Shown here: piece by piece, positions 52,401-63,075 of the stretch
How the letters are laid out: every line of letters begins with the position of its first letter
Position numbering within the stretch: position 1 is the stretch's first letter
Assembly: GCA_977020255.1 (NCBI GenBank)
Contig: CDROCS010002056.1
Coordinates: 124,001-188,000 of the forward strand
Origin: Obrimoposthia wandeli
Taxonomy: Eukaryota
Reading direction: 5' to 3'
Length of the DNA: 64,000 bases
Notes under the pieces: generated by a model
Told to the model about the DNA's origin: nothing
The model's input: only the letters and a program-made list of their open reading frames with translations
Database searches by the model: none
Made by a program: the position numbers and the translations under genes

Positions 52401-55400
52401 AGTTTACTCAAAGTATATGTAATAAGGCGTTGTGAAAGTCCTTGGAACTCGCCCTTAGTCATTGTGAAGAAGTCAGACAATGTATGTTGACTACTTCAGT
52501 TTTAATCTCTTACTCTATCTTTGATAAAAGCAGCAGTCAGCTCATCTTTACTAACATTGTTTTCCATCATGGCCCCAACGAGTTTTCTAACTCTAATGAT
52601 GAACGCTGAGAAACGTTTTCCTTCAGACATGAGATCGGATGTTTTAGAATTGTGTGCGTGTGACAAAGAAGTGAGTTTTTTGTTTTAAAGAATGAATTTA
52701 AAAAATAGTGTGAAAAATTTGAATTGTTGTGAAAGAAAAAAAAACAGCGTGTGTGAGTTTTTATTTAATAAAAATAGTTGGAGTCATTTTTGTGTTTTAT
52801 TTCGACGATGGACACAGACACAATTGATAGCAGAGCGTGGTTGCGGGTTATCCGAAAAGACAAAAACCCCACTCCTTATAATCAAGAAATTATTAAAGTC
52901 GTGGAAGACAACCACGTTAAAAACAACTTGATTGTTTAGTGGATGACAACCACTTTAAAAAATAAAATGATTTCACCGTGGAAATGGAAAACCATGTTTA
53001 AAAACCTAGTTGGCCATTCGTTGTGGAAATGGAAAACCATGTTAAAAAACCTAGATATGCAATTATCGTGGAAAGGGTAAACCATGTAAAAAAACCATTA
53101 TAAATTGACATAAGGTCTGTTGACGTAGATATAGAACGGCGAAAAATATATGTGAGAGTCTTAGGTTGGGGAGAAAAGGAGGGCAATCTGGAGATATGTG
53201 AAGATGTCACATATGACGAGCTGTTAAAGCAGATAAGCGTGAAATGGAGAATCAAGAAAAATCAGTTCTAGCTACAGTTCAATGAAGTGGGAATGAAGCA
53301 GGTAGATGCTAGAAGACCGAAGAAATTCTGTAAAATAAACAGAATTAGGCAAGAAACTATGATCCATATCAAGTTACGAATGCGGGTACGGTCAAGTGAC
53401 GAGGAGTTAAGTTAGAAGATGCACGGTTAGATAATATTAGCAAAATACGGTTGGGTGAAGTGGTTGATTATCAGAAAGATACATCAGTCCAAGAAATATG
53501 CGGCCAGAGTAAGCCACATACCGAGGGAAATAAGTCGGGAGATGTGGATTGAAAAGGCTAGAGTGGTAATACGAGATTATCAGATTAAATGTTTTGAATC
53601 TAAACGACGGAGTGGGTAAGGGACAGTTGTAAAAATGGCACCATTGCCTAGATTTAGATTTTTACCGCCACTTCGAGCATTTGATAAAGTGGGCTTGGAT
53701 TTTGCGGGACTTTATTTACAAAACAGGGAAGAAGACGTGTTCGAAATAAACGATACTTATGTTTAGAAAATATACAAAGGGTATTCTGCAGCCTCGTTCA
53801 ATCAAAGTCTAAAACGGTCGGTGCATCTAGAGAAGGCTTGGAATTTAGTCTCGGACGGGTTTATAAGGGCTTTAAAGAGATTTATGGAAAGACGGGGTAG
53901 GCCGCAATTGACGAATACAGTATGAGAAAGCAGTTGGAACGAGAAGAGATTCGTTGGATATTTAATTCACCAGCCCCGTCACACTTTGGGGGAGTGTTTG
54001 AAAATTTGATCTAGAGCACTAAGAAAGCGATTGGGATGGTATTGATAAATGCTGATATAAATGATGAAGAGCTGATGACGGTACTAGTGAAAGTTGAGGA
54101 ACTGTTGGACTTTCGACCAATCACTTTTCAGTCAGCAGATAGCAAGGAAGAATTACCGTTAAGATGAAAAGATTTCATGGTGAGTGGAAGAGAAGAATGT
54201 TTGGGGAATGAGACGACATTAACGGGGTGCGGAAGACTCAGGCATCGGTGGTGTAGAATACAAGAGATCGTTAGTCATGTGTGGAATTTATGGATGAGTG
54301 AGATGATACCCACCTGGATTAGGAAAAGTAAGTGGAAACGAAAAGAAAGACCGTTGAGGGAGGGACAACTTGTGTGGGTATTAGACAAGGAGTATGAGCA
54401 GGGAGTATGACCTGTCGGGAGAATAGAGGAATTAAGAGCGAATAAGGAAGCAGAAGTCAGGAATGGGGTGTAGTAAATGTAGGAGGGAAAGAGTGTGTGA
54501 AACCGGTAGTAAAGATGGAGGTGAAAGCAAGTGAACAGAATATGTTGATAAACCAGGGAATCGGGTTTTATCAAAGGAAGGGGAATGTTCAGACATGAGA
54601 TCATATGTTTTAGAGTTGTGTGCGTGTGTTAACATAATAATGTTAAAAGAAGTGATAAAAAATTAGTTTTTTGTTTTAAAGAATGAATTGAAAAGATAGC
54701 GTGAAAGTTTTGGATTGTTGTGAAAAATCCCAGCGTGTGTGAGATTTTATTTAATAAAAATTGTTAGGGTCATTTTTGTGTTTTATTTCGACGATGGACG
54801 CAGAAACATATTTCTTTTCTAAAAAAATTTCCAAACCATTTTAAACTTTAATTTCTGAATTTATCGCTTCACTGGCATCTTTATATAATAATGCAGCTTT
54901 ATCAGACAACAGCAAATAAAATGCTCTCCCAATATTAATCTCATTAGCATTGACTCACTCTTCTATATCTTTTAACCATTTTCACTTTCTTTGAACTCGT
55001 TCTATCATATCTTCTTATGTTGTACTGAAATATCATTCTAGTCTCTTGAAAAGATTTTTCTTTGCTTGATTTCCCGTCACTACATTTATTTCGGCGTTGC
55101 TGCTAGTTATGTTTTCTATCGTAGACATAATTCAAGAGTTAGAATCCACAAACATAATATATATTTATACATGAATATTATAAACAAATATTACCGGTAA
55201 GATATTTCCGGTTTCTGATAACATAACTAAATATTACAAAAGCGGTTGTTTCCAGCTTAATATTTTTTTGATAAAAAATGGTTGTAAGATCAATTTCAAG
55301 GTGATGTTTTCTATAATTGTTAAGTTTGTCTGAGTCACTCACACTTACAGCATTTATGATAGATAGGTTTTTTCATTCTCTTGGAACTCGAGTAAGCACA

Positions 55401-57731
55401 TCAGATCGTTGTCCTCCAGATTTTATTAAGCTCACAAAGTTTAGATTCAGTTCATCACGTAACTGGTTTATAATCCCGAGTCTTTGCTTGAACGAGGCTG
55501 CAGAATACCCTTTGTATATTTTCTAAACTGATGATATCTGTCTTCGGCATCACTTCTAAACATTCCATGACATCGATACTTTTGAAGGCTGCAAGCTTGT
55601 GGATACATGTTACATTGCATTTGAAAACAAGCCGCATGACAAAATATGAATATTAAAACAAACCCTAGTTCACACATATATCATTGTAAAATTGGAATTG
55701 AAATTAATTAAATATTTCCTCAAAATGTAATGTTTTAGTGTAACATAATGTAAAACATAATAGTCTAAGCTTAAGACAATTAATAATTTCTAGACAATAT
55801 TTTTCAGGTTTATATAAGCATATTAGATACGCTTTGATTAACATACAAATAACATAGATAATTATTTAATCAAGATTCCTATAATTTAAGATGAATATAT
55901 CGATTGTTTCTTTAAATTAAATGTATAAAGTATTTTTATCCCAAATTATTTTATTGCAGATTTAAAGGGGAAAAAATCTCAATTTTCTTTAAATCATTTC
56001 AAAGAATCATTATTTAAACATGGTATTTTCCTCTTTAAACTTTGATAAAGAAACAATTGAAATGTTAATTTTTAGAGGGGAAGTTAAATATAAACACTAT
56101 TAATTGATGTTTCTAGGATATAAGTAATTAATTGTATTGATATTCAAGAAGCATTTGGTATTGGCTGTGATTAAATCCAAAGTAATCTAATATTATGGTT
56201 ATTTATGAACTGTGAATACAATGATGACAAATTAAAAACAACAATGCATTAATTATTGTTATTGAACGAATTTGTTAACTTGGTTAAACTGTATCACTTA
56301 TCGTATAAAATCTAGTTCCTCAATCTTTCACTTGTATTTGAAATCCCTATAAACCATATCCGATTAAACGGGATAAGCTTTATAATTTTTCGTATTGTTC
56401 ATGTTTTTGAATTTGCTTAAACCGGATTAAGATTTTTAAAGTATAAATGAATATAGTATAAATTAAAAGTTTCAAAAATAAATAATGAAATATTTATGAA
56501 TCTTATGACATTAAAAAGAAATATAATCGGTTTAAGATTAGAACTATTTTCTAACAATTTTTTCAACATTTCATATTTAAGAACATTTTTAAAGACATGA
56601 ATAATCTATCTGACATATATCATTTGAAAATATAATTCAGAATGTCTAAGAGAAACACGTTTCAATTGAGTTGAATAAGAAATTTTAAATTTTTGAGTAC
56701 ATCAAATCAAGCCCAAACATGACAAAAACCATATTTGATATAAGAAAACAACGAGATGTAATGAAATCCAAATGTTCGTATACATCCATAAACTCTATTT
56801 GTAAACAATTTCCAGATTACAACTACAAAGACATTAATAAATGTCTGGTAGATTGGTTTCGACCACATCGTGATAATTATGTTGCAGACGTTCAAGTGGC
56901 TTTGTTTTGGATGTGCAACAACCGGAAGAGTCATAATCACTTGATACGACTGAAGAAGACAATAACATTGTTGAATGTATGTGTCAGCGTTTGGTGTTTC
57001 AGACAATGATATTAGCAAACAAAATTTTACAGCACATCCTAAATATAGTGAATTTAATATTTTCCCAACTGAAGAGTTGACAAATTTCTCATATAAATTC
57101 GTCAAATGTCTTAATAAAACCTTTGTCTATTTTTTTGCACACGTCAATACTTTTGTAAAGTAAATGCATATCGGCCCTTCAAATTATTGGAATTTGTCGC
57201 ACAAAGTTTTTACCAAGTATTTTTAAAATAATTAAAATTTTATTATTCAACGTATCCATGGTAGTGAACAAAGCTGAAATAAAGTGACAAAGTGTATTCT
57301 ACTAAAGCAAATGAAAAATTTATAGTTCTAAGCTCAGTATTTCCCGGTAAATAATTGATGCATCGAAGCCGGATTGAGCCTAACAAGAGCAAGAGTGTAG
57401 CTAGTGGAAGACCAGCAGAGACGCTGACCTGGTTAAGGGTATCGCGCTCGACCTTGTTTCTGCGGACTCTAGAAGACAGAGCCCTTGCAGTGATGCGCTG
57501 CGGCTGTTACTGCCGGTGTTCACAGTTCTGTTTGTTGCACTCGTGCAGCTACAAGTCCTATGTGAGCGCTGGCGGAACGCGACACGTCAAGAGACGCAGA
57601 AAGAATGCAGATGGCACTCGTGGAGATAGTGAGAGCTATCACAGCAGTCAGGACGAAACCGGACAGACCAGACGCAGACAACGACGCCGGGAGAGAAAAC
57701 ACGGGGCTGACAGTGTCCACTCGTACTACAG
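22115..57731 (+). CDS. Host gene, uncharacterised protein with RTKSGR repeats and Ser/Arg-rich C-terminal part (partial; exons 22115-22235, 28501-28589, 28633-28707, 32760-32892, 35482-36255, 36403-36417, 51094-51169, 51244-51378, 57549-57731)
   Basis: All nine exons are AG/GT-bounded (ATG for the first) and join in phase (1,0,0,1,1,1,2,2) into one open frame; no stop found in the window. Confidence 0.75.
33950..34140. repeat. Degenerate ~100-bp tandem repeat with core CCCTTCATCTATGGACGACCACAACCC
   Basis: Two close copies near 33960 and 34060, weaker partial copies near 33760 and 33850; intronic. Confidence 0.6.
37830..38032 (+). pseudogene. BEL/Pao gag Zn-knuckle relic (left flank of the Maverick B insertion)
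   Basis: YSDQCSAY..KKLPNKCLQKCH, degenerate; continues after the element as a protease relic. Confidence 0.5.
38039..38760 (+). repeat. Left TIR of Maverick B
   Basis: Reverse complement of 49490-50225 apart from a few substitutions and one 11-nt unit indel; weaker similarity extends to ~38820. Confidence 0.95.
38904..41538 (-). pseudogene. pPolB: Protein-primed family B DNA polymerase; exons 41538-40545 and 40330-38904; one premature TGA at 39672-39674; N-terminus missing
   Basis: VYADFE, FHNLMGYD, YMKMDV exonuclease motifs; DHDHMTG..H..CN endonuclease-VII-like insert; YIDLNNLYGWAM, KLKVNSLF*K and AGDTDS polymerase motifs; spliced length 2421 nt. Confidence 0.93.
41653..42162 (-). CDS. DnaQ/DEDD-like 3'-5' exonuclease of Mavericks
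   Basis: N-terminal YFIDFEAF..FVIKEL, HYVFK, HRL..DG, and a C-terminal C..H..CA..C cluster. Confidence 0.7.
   Translation of the reverse strand: MSVYFIDFEAFIDNNTEFVIKELCIIDVDAIFYPKHYVFKMQPIWDMMNRKSRKINRYLIKHYHRLKLVDGNSYFKIQEITEEIKRCCDVSKSIFYVLDENNGAKIKTINKYFPEFRVINYSKTLKQLNPSNINCPYIKHGEHCAYKKCFAASLDYLNINENSTTHICQ
42199..42555 (-). CDS. Adenain-like cysteine protease
   Basis: GEHW (His), FDPFG (Asp), Q....SCG (Gln/Cys) in the expected order. Confidence 0.9.
   Translation of the reverse strand: MNLLINIYSSSDEITKSGRKLLGTCFNGVYSLDQSLTRLGGYVINTHSSNLRGEHWIAIHVKENEIFVFDPFGIYYPSKLVSTVLDSGKKVHFSKKHYQNVLTQSCGQLSLLWLKHKQ
42602..43831 (-). pseudogene. Major capsid protein (double jelly-roll), one premature TGA at 43652-43654
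   Basis: 409-codon frame from the ATG at 43831; matches the copy A MCP N-terminus (DS*FL versus DTLLY); LHLDFFKQPKYILPGV motif. Confidence 0.88.
43831..44400 (-). pseudogene. Minor capsid protein (penton) N-terminal half fused by deletion to the tail of the gene preceding MCP
   Basis: MYVVLPSN..NNTANSF..INLPGHWEAALTEF; ends KRLKLGGTIFK, like the different gene that precedes MCP in copy A. Confidence 0.7.
44373..45401 (-). CDS. Retroviral-like DDE integrase with C-terminal chromodomain-like region, intact
   Basis: WQADL (D), TDSGKEF (D), VERFNRTL (E); YRIQEIL..YHVKWHGY..SWI at the C-terminus. Confidence 0.95.
   Translation of the reverse strand: MEKIWFDPSHPVGYTGVSKLAKESKKTKQETQAWLRNQLSYSLNKPMRRRFPTRSYKTSGPNDLWQADLMEMIPYASINDGYRYILTCVDVFSRFARAIPLKSKSGTDVLTAMKLLIKEIKPRNFQTDSGKEFYNKHVETLLKKHNINHYSVFSQYKAALVERFNRTLRDRLKTYFTKQGNKSWVTVLPQIIHAYNHSQHSSLDRKRPVDVTDENAMEIWQRRNQSQVARKPKYKVGDYVRISQISTTPFIKNFKENWSDEVFRITKIDNKRMPVMYFIEDETNNVITGKFYHEELQVLPEKSNVYRIQEILETKGRGKHKQYHVKWHGYTEPSWILASQIE
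45499..45921 (-). CDS. Small basic Maverick protein with QSGG-FLG amphipathic C-terminus (PW/cupiennin-like)
   Basis: K/R-rich body, ends KQSGGFLGFLVPIISSIVSALASRLINR; ATGA overlap with the ATPase stop. Confidence 0.7.
   Translation of the reverse strand: MNFKKETVKPEVKKLIKSVLSARKMVAQKSKRTVVKKSRSIAYFNSLMRAPAIRRPAILKSFPTFVIDDLLNMIQKIVSGKIIVKANLNRHKKPLLALFHAKTRIGKRKLLYKQSGGFLGFLVPIISSIVSALASRLINR
45918..46568 (-). pseudogene. A32/FtsK-like packaging ATPase, one premature TAA at 46239-46241
   Basis: Walker A GPSGSGKT, Walker B VIVIDD; the same frame continues VTVIFITQNLF..LFKNPRD..HGYIFID to TGA at 45918. Confidence 0.92.
46612..46881 (-). CDS. Small Maverick accessory protein with hydrophobic C-terminus
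   Basis: FISKNV..LID..LPLEEHVRRM..GYNQKK..KRSFF.EKSF is conserved in copy C (~62657-62937); the N-terminus differs between copies. Confidence 0.6.
   Translation of the reverse strand: MSLVSLLVSVFSVFISKNVIQPDVLQLIDVSNLPLEEHVRRMVHDKAVNLLIQGYNQKKLANKEEKRSFFYEKSFLLFVAGCFVIKYFK
46924..47754 (-). CDS. S/T/P-rich repeat N-terminus plus dual-specificity-phosphatase-fold domain lacking catalytic residues (pseudophosphatase)
   Basis: SEILVNQLYIGN, FTHVINTS, NGGNILVCSHYGSLHAACIVIAFL, VKAKR..APNEAMLHQI; HCxxGxxR is replaced by CSHYGSLH. Confidence 0.85.
   Translation of the reverse strand: MEKINSAPEATSLPATSSLPAISSPTTSSPATSSLPAISSPTTSSPATSSVTSSPPATITTVIRREETIDEVTIEEEIIIDPIIEDKRRIDFLNALAFMEPIIAHASSMEMNHMTHHFDSLFSARFTQLNVEKLNKTAMSEILVNQLYIGNYRDGFDETNLLNSNFTHVINTSILDKISYKKLKYTSVFVNSKLGETIMKYYKQTNNIIKETIENGGNILVCSHYGSLHAACIVIAFLSHSIGVTAASNLVKAKRTIAAPNEAMLHQIRIFNRYHV
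47788..48031 (-). CDS. Putative 69-aa Maverick protein split by a 34-nt GT-AG intron (47936-47903)
   Basis: Removing GTAATA..TTTAG joins two segments into one open frame, MDEII..SNLV; acceptor context is conserved in copy C at ~63960. Confidence 0.45.
48193..48393 (+). CDS. Small Asn-rich Maverick ORF
   Basis: ATG-initiated 66-aa ORF, first of the divergently oriented right-arm ORFs; no recognisable motif. Confidence 0.35.
   Translation: MDNQNNQNNESRASTYIGSGSNLYSNMNYNRNNQREHINPLSQTITSPTRVTEEREPFKDMTNTRR
48507..48896 (+). CDS. Maverick accessory protein, possible OB-fold ssDNA-binding protein
   Basis: 129-aa ATG ORF with a beta-rich alternating pattern (LSIRIQGCKI..PIWKIIDAVRV); function inferred. 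Confidence 0.55.
   Translation: MNFEKLYQPMHTYYGYEMHFLKKAHNYNFIFPVNIEPLKFDFEISNLTSVDKERINILLTQFGINYVLQENKFVIKGSTATFKHENGTIFDGPPPKLEWILSIRIQGCKIGPSGFETPIWKIIDAVRVD
48964..49329 (+). CDS. Lys-rich basic Maverick protein with repeated QKGDG motifs (candidate core protein)
   Basis: KKTMSKKTMSKKK, MEGLG, VQKGDG, IQKGDG; first plausible ATG at 48964. Confidence 0.6.
   Translation: MKMTKKPTKSLKTKVKKTMSKKTMSKKKIMEGLGIHMMAANLLGRWFGGVDKKAIKHKKNVDYLRGIQNQKRVQKGDGIQKGDGMLDIFVKLDKLTKAFEKDPSAYLGPKLNILANQPKTL
49490..50225 (-). repeat. Right TIR of Maverick B
   Basis: Inverted copy of 38039-38760; weaker similarity extends inward to ~49435. Confidence 0.95.
50232..50325 (+). pseudogene. BEL/Pao protease relic (right flank of the Maverick B insertion)
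   Basis: TILVIIYKGDNTIKMNALLYEVCITSYIS resembles KVPVMVRHRGQELVVNALLDDVNTRSYIS at 11819-12004. Confidence 0.55.
51770..52200 (-). pseudogene. Gypsy-like integrase fragment
   Basis: Frameshifted EIVERNHPAIKRIAK and flanking residues resembling the integrase E-motif region. Confidence 0.45.
52300..52495 (+). pseudogene. Gypsy-like reverse transcriptase N-terminal fragment
   Basis: PICQNPRR..QVDEMIESLLKVYVIRRCESPWNSPLVIVKKSD. Confidence 0.75.
52622..54808 (+). mobile_element. Internally deleted BEL/Pao LTR retrotransposon with both LTRs
   Basis: LTRs ~52622-52822 and 54586-54808 (TG..CA); PBS TGATAGCAGAGCGTGGTT at 52825; polypurine tract before 54586; integrase relics (MAPLP..VGLDFAG, AVHLE..RRGRP, HFGGVFE) and a DUF5641-like tail. 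Confidence 0.85.
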
Positions 57732-57847
57732 GTTGGCACTGTTTTTCTACAGAGCACAGATTGTAAATGTATTTATTGTAATTTTCATTATTTCTAACGA
57801 TTTAATTATTTTATAAATATAGGCAGTTTAATATTTATCTCCTTTGC

Positions 57848-57849
<2 letters not shown>

Positions 57850-57910
<61 letters not shown>
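57850..57910. repeat. (TA)n microsatellite
   Basis: About 30 TA units; shorter runs at ~28090-28120 and 49376-49410. Confidence 0.95.
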
Positions 57911-57917
<7 letters not shown>

Positions 57918-59170
57918 TGAATTTAATTAAAAGCAATCCGAACATTTACAAAGTCTCATTAATGAAAAAAGATTTTGATCTGAATTTTATATTACAACAT
58001 TTAAAATAAATTTCACTTCAAATATTTTTCATTTAATTTAAAGTTATTCTTAAGTGTTGAATTGTTTTTAAAAAAAGTAATTACATTTTAATAACTATTG
58101 ATTCAATGTCTACAAAAAATAAATAATTTAATTATATAATTAAATTATAATATAGTAGGTATAATATGTGTGACTTCTGGCACAAAACCACCCCCCTCCG
58201 GGGGGTCTGAGTAATGTCTTTGTGGTAAAAATCTGTGACTCATCGATGACTCATTACGTGATCTCATGAAGTCAAGGTCGCTCTTGAATGTGGTTCTTTG
58301 AGGTGGTTCTTTAAGATAAGTCTTTGAGATGGTTCTTTGAGGTGGTTCTTTGAAGTAGTTTTTTAAGGTAGTTTTTTGAGGTGGTTCTTTAATATGGTTA
58401 TTCGAAGGGGGTTCTTACAAAGTTAACCTTCAAGGTTCTAAAACCTTCAAAAATACATTTTTTCTACTTTTTAAAGTTATATATGATAGGCTTGGTCTGA
58501 CCTTGGTTAGATCTTCGAGGGTTAGACCTTCAAAGATCAAAATAATCAACAAAAAAAAATTTCCAAAAAGTCAAAAATATATTTTTAAAATAATTTTTGT
58601 TTAAATTTTCAAAAAATGTTCAAAATTCAAAAATTTTTAAAAACTTTGAATATTTATATTTTTTTACTTTGTATTAATAAACAATATGAGATTATCTCAT
58701 TGTTAATGATGATATTACCATATGTTTATTGTTTGTATATGTACATGTAACGATAAGATCTCAGCTAACTTTTGTATTCATCCTAATCTCGATTGTATAT
58801 GTATATGTATTTATATATTTAAGTAATGATGAGATCTCAAACAACTGTTATATGTCAAGTGCTGTGTTAAAGTGAAGAGTTAAGCATCACTAGCATATGT
58901 GCATAAGTGTATTCATCAATGAAGTAACATCTGGTTTATCTTAATTAGATTTTATCAGCAGCTGTCATGTTCAAGTGATCTGTTTATATTTAACGACAGC
59001 TGCTATTTTGATTAATTATTAATAATAAAAATTGTAAATGATTTTTTTAAATTAATTTTACTTCAAAAAACTTCAAAATTTTTTTTACTTCATATTTTTA
59101 AAACATATATTTCTTAAAATCACAAAGGAGAGCGAGAAATGGAGAGTAAAAATATATACACATAAAAAGA

Positions 59171-61940
59171 TCATATAATTTCGCCCTAATATAAAAAGTG
59201 TCCATAGGCAACTGATCGATTTTTAGTAATCTACTTGCGTTTATCATCACTACTGCTTAAGACAATTTTAATTAACCTTTCAGTAAAATGTAGATGATTT
59301 AAGAAGCTTATACGTTGTTGTTGTACACGCTCGTTACAATCAGTCTCATAGATGGCTAAGTAATTAGAATGTCTACCTTTAGCTCTCATTTGAGATTCCC
59401 CTTCTGTAGTCTAAGCTATATGATTTTGTCGTAGAAAAATACCCTGCCTATAACTAATAAATCCCTTGCTCTCGTATTTAAATTTTCTAATCGCTGTATT
59501 AACCGTTGTATAAAGCGGATTGGTTTTTGGAAATTTTGAGGTATCCAACAGTCCATCAGCATTCATAGTCGGTAACAGTGATTCTTGAACATTTACATTA
59601 TTACACTTCAAGAAAAAACTATCAGTGTCCCCTGCTCTAATTTTAATATCACAGTTAAATTGAGCTCGATATTTATCCAACTGTATATATTGTAGCTCAT
59701 ACATACGAAGTTTGCTTAAATCTAATACTACCTGACCTATATAACTAGGACGATCCAAAACAATATTTTCTTTATTCAGTAGAACTGCTATAAGGTTCGA
59801 ATCGATTTCAATTGTTCTACGAAAGGGGGCTTTATTGCAATAGGTTACCAGCTTCTGTGGAATATTACAAATCCAAAGAATAAATATTTTCATTAGATTC
59901 TCAATGTGTTTTCTAAATAAAGAATTCACCCTTAGTTTATAATAATCTTGCTCGAAATCTGTTGTAGCTGCAGTTCTTTTAAGATAATTTTATACAAAAT
60001 ATACCTTAGCACCAAGTCTAACTTACATTTGCAGCAATCTAGAATGTACAACATATTGTTTCTTAGGGTAATAATTTTTCAGTCTTACACCCTGGTGAAC
60101 GCTGTTTAATTGGAGCAAGGGGGAGATCGTCAAATTTATTATGTAGCTTATTGGGTATAAATAAATCTATTTCCAATAAATCCACTGATTTTTAACTAGA
60201 AATAATATTCCCCAACTCTAATCGATCAGTTACCCAGGAAAAGTTATCACAAGGCAAAAGCTGGGACATCGCCCACCTGTATAAGTTATTTACACCTATA
60301 TACAAAAGTTCGGTACCGTTGACAACATCCACCTTGTGTTCGTTCACGAAGGTCATACCCCCTTGAATTCCGGACCGAAAGAGACGATACATATTCAGAT
60401 CCTGGATGAGCTCCACTTGTATAGAAAAAGCAGCAGCATAGGTATCAGTATCAGCATCCGCCCGAAGCAGTGACTTGAAGACCGATGCAAAAGTTAGTTA
60501 TGTAAAGAGAAATATAGATAAAAATATCAATAAAACATTTACTAAAATCATTACTTAGTAAATATTTACTTATCATTACTTATTAAAAATTAGTAAAATA
60601 TAAAGATTCAAACCAGGTATGGAGAAGAAATTTAGTGATTCCAGCCCGTCGTCTGCAATAGCCTTGATCCGGAATTCTGTAAAAAAACATCGGCTAACAG
60701 TTATATGTCCATCTTCATGTATACCAGCATATAATCCCAGTGCGATTTGCAAACACTCTGAGTCCAGACCTTCTTCGCCATCTCATACTGTGCTGGTTTA
60801 ATCTTCTTGCTTTAAATCGGTGGTAAGCTAATGATAGCACGGAGAACAGTCTCTGATACTGCCATATCGTATGGAAAGATCCCCTAGGCGCTCACCAGAT
60901 GTTGAGGGAAGACATAATGTGTTAGAGGAGTAACACCAAGGTTTTCAACAAGTTTCTCAAGCCCGCTATTCAAAAAATTCAATGAATCTATAAAGCGAAT
61001 AGAGACTCATTCAATATGCACCATCATATCCTAAAATCTCTCTGTTGATTGAGGTTTCACATAGACACTCCAGTGCAGAAATTAAATCAACGTTTGTTTC
61101 CGTATGTGGTGCACATCATAACCCATCAAATTGTGAAAAATGACGGGAAAAGAGCGATTCACTCTCCTTGATAAGTTGCATTTCGAATGCGCAGCTCCGA
61201 GGTACTCTTCAGTCATGTGATCATGGTTGTGAACTTTATTCACTAGCTTCTTCTTACACAAGTATCAGATTCTCGCAGCATTGAAACTCGATACCTGATC
61301 TAGTGTAAATGATCGTATAACTTCGATGGCTTGATTTATACCAATGGAGTACAACTTCTTTCGCCAACTCCTCTAACTTATGCAAAAAGAATACTACACA
61401 ATATTCTCCTTTAAAAAGCGAGTAATCGTGTGTTTACCCTGTTGTGACTGCAACGAGAGACATGCGCATACCAGCTGAGATTGGTAACTGGATCTGATGA
61501 TGAATTCCATGTGGTGGTAACACAGCCTCAAAGACGGAGAAATTGTTTTGGAAAAGTCCTTAAACTCAATATGCTTCTCTGTAAGCATTGAATAAAGTGT
61601 TGAATGTTCCAAATTCATCCTACAGAGTGGAACGTGCTTGACGTAACTTATCGGTCTCCGGAACCCATGGAGACACTTATGGCACCAAGTACACTGGATA
61701 CGATTAGATACACCTCTCTTCCTATAATTAAGTAGCCTATTTAGTTTAGGAATAGCGACATAATTAGAATTATCATTATTTTCTAAACGGAAAAGAATAA
61801 TTTGCGTAGCGTCCACATATGGATTTGTAAAGATATCTCAATCCGTTTGTACATTAGAAAACCTTTTTAATGTAAATACGTTGATTGAGATAGATGGGTT
61901 CTTTCTCTCAAATCGCAGTATATTATATAGACGCATCGGC
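59171..61940 (-). pseudogene. pPolB: pPolB relic of copy C, multiple frameshifts, retains more N-terminus than copy B
   Basis: AGDTDSFF, NNLYRWAM, CHKCLHGF..HVPLC; intron donor at the same codon as in copy B (~60614). Confidence 0.9.
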
Positions 61941-62374
61941 ATCTCATCCTTTTCAAAAACTAATCAAAAACTATATCTCAATATATTGATTAACGCACTG
62001 AAGATTAGTATGAAATACTTCGCGAAAAAGCACAGCTAAGATGCTGTATAGAAAACAAAAGTGTTAGAGTTCTGCACATTGATTACGCAATGTGAGAGCG
62101 CTAACTCGGATGGGGTAGGTATATAACTACTCACCTGGAGATAGTTCATTGTTGTTGTTTTAGTCACAACAAACGAAATCTACAGGAAGCGGGTCACTAC
62201 CCAATTACTGACACTCTGTGAGTAATTCTCAATTTTCTTGTTGATGGCATCTACTCCTGCATCTATAAATCCATAGTAGTATATAGTGTCGGTAATAACT
62301 CAAAGCGACAATGAGACCTCCCTGGGGGATTTGTAACTTTGAGTTAGAACCAAAATTATAGGCTTTAAAATATG

Positions 62375-62598
62375 TCAGACCAATTATCATAAATCCATTA
62401 ATGACTTTTATATTTTTTTATTTTCTTAAACTCTTTACTGGTTAAACCTGCTTCTCCATCGCCTCCCGGATGCCAATAAATCTTATTAAACTTAAAAGTA
62501 AAGTATTTCTTATTTTGCAGTAACTTACATAAAAAATGAGTTTTCCCACTACCTCTAGAACCTACAATTTGAAAAACTGAATTATTTTTAAAGTTCAT
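62375..62598 (-). pseudogene. Packaging ATPase N-terminal relic of copy C
   Basis: MNFKNNSVFQIVGSRGSGKTHF, truncated. Confidence 0.85.
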
Positions 62599-63075
62599 AT
62601 TAAAAATATTAGATTTTTGGAAAAATGTTTATAAGACAAAGTTACTTAAAATATTTTATTTAAATACATCAACCAAAAAACTATAAAAACTCTTCTCCCA
62701 GAAAAAGCTTCTTTTCATCGCGTACTCTTCTTTCTTCGCATACTCTTCTTTCTTTTGATTGTACCCCAGAATGAGACGATCGAGTGCTTTGTTGGGAATC
62801 ATTCTTCTTACGTGCTCCTCCAGCGGTAGATCTGTTGCATCAATGAGTCTTTAAACATCTTCTTCTAAAACGTTTTTCGAGATGAAGCTCTTCGCTGCTT
62901 TATCAACATCTTGTTTGAAATATTTGGGAGTAGACATAATAATAAAGTAAGATTAAAAAGTATTATGTTTATATACTATACAACTAAAATTTTATTGACT
63001 GCTGATTAACAAAGACACTGACTAATAAAGATAATAACTAACAAAGACATTGATGAATAAAATTGACATATGATA

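Noticed and set aside
55317-57163. Possible P-element/THAP-type transposase relics (55.3-55.7 kb and 56.7-57.2 kb)
   Set aside because: Too degenerate to assign by eye; no diagnostic motif; needs tBLASTn against a transposon library
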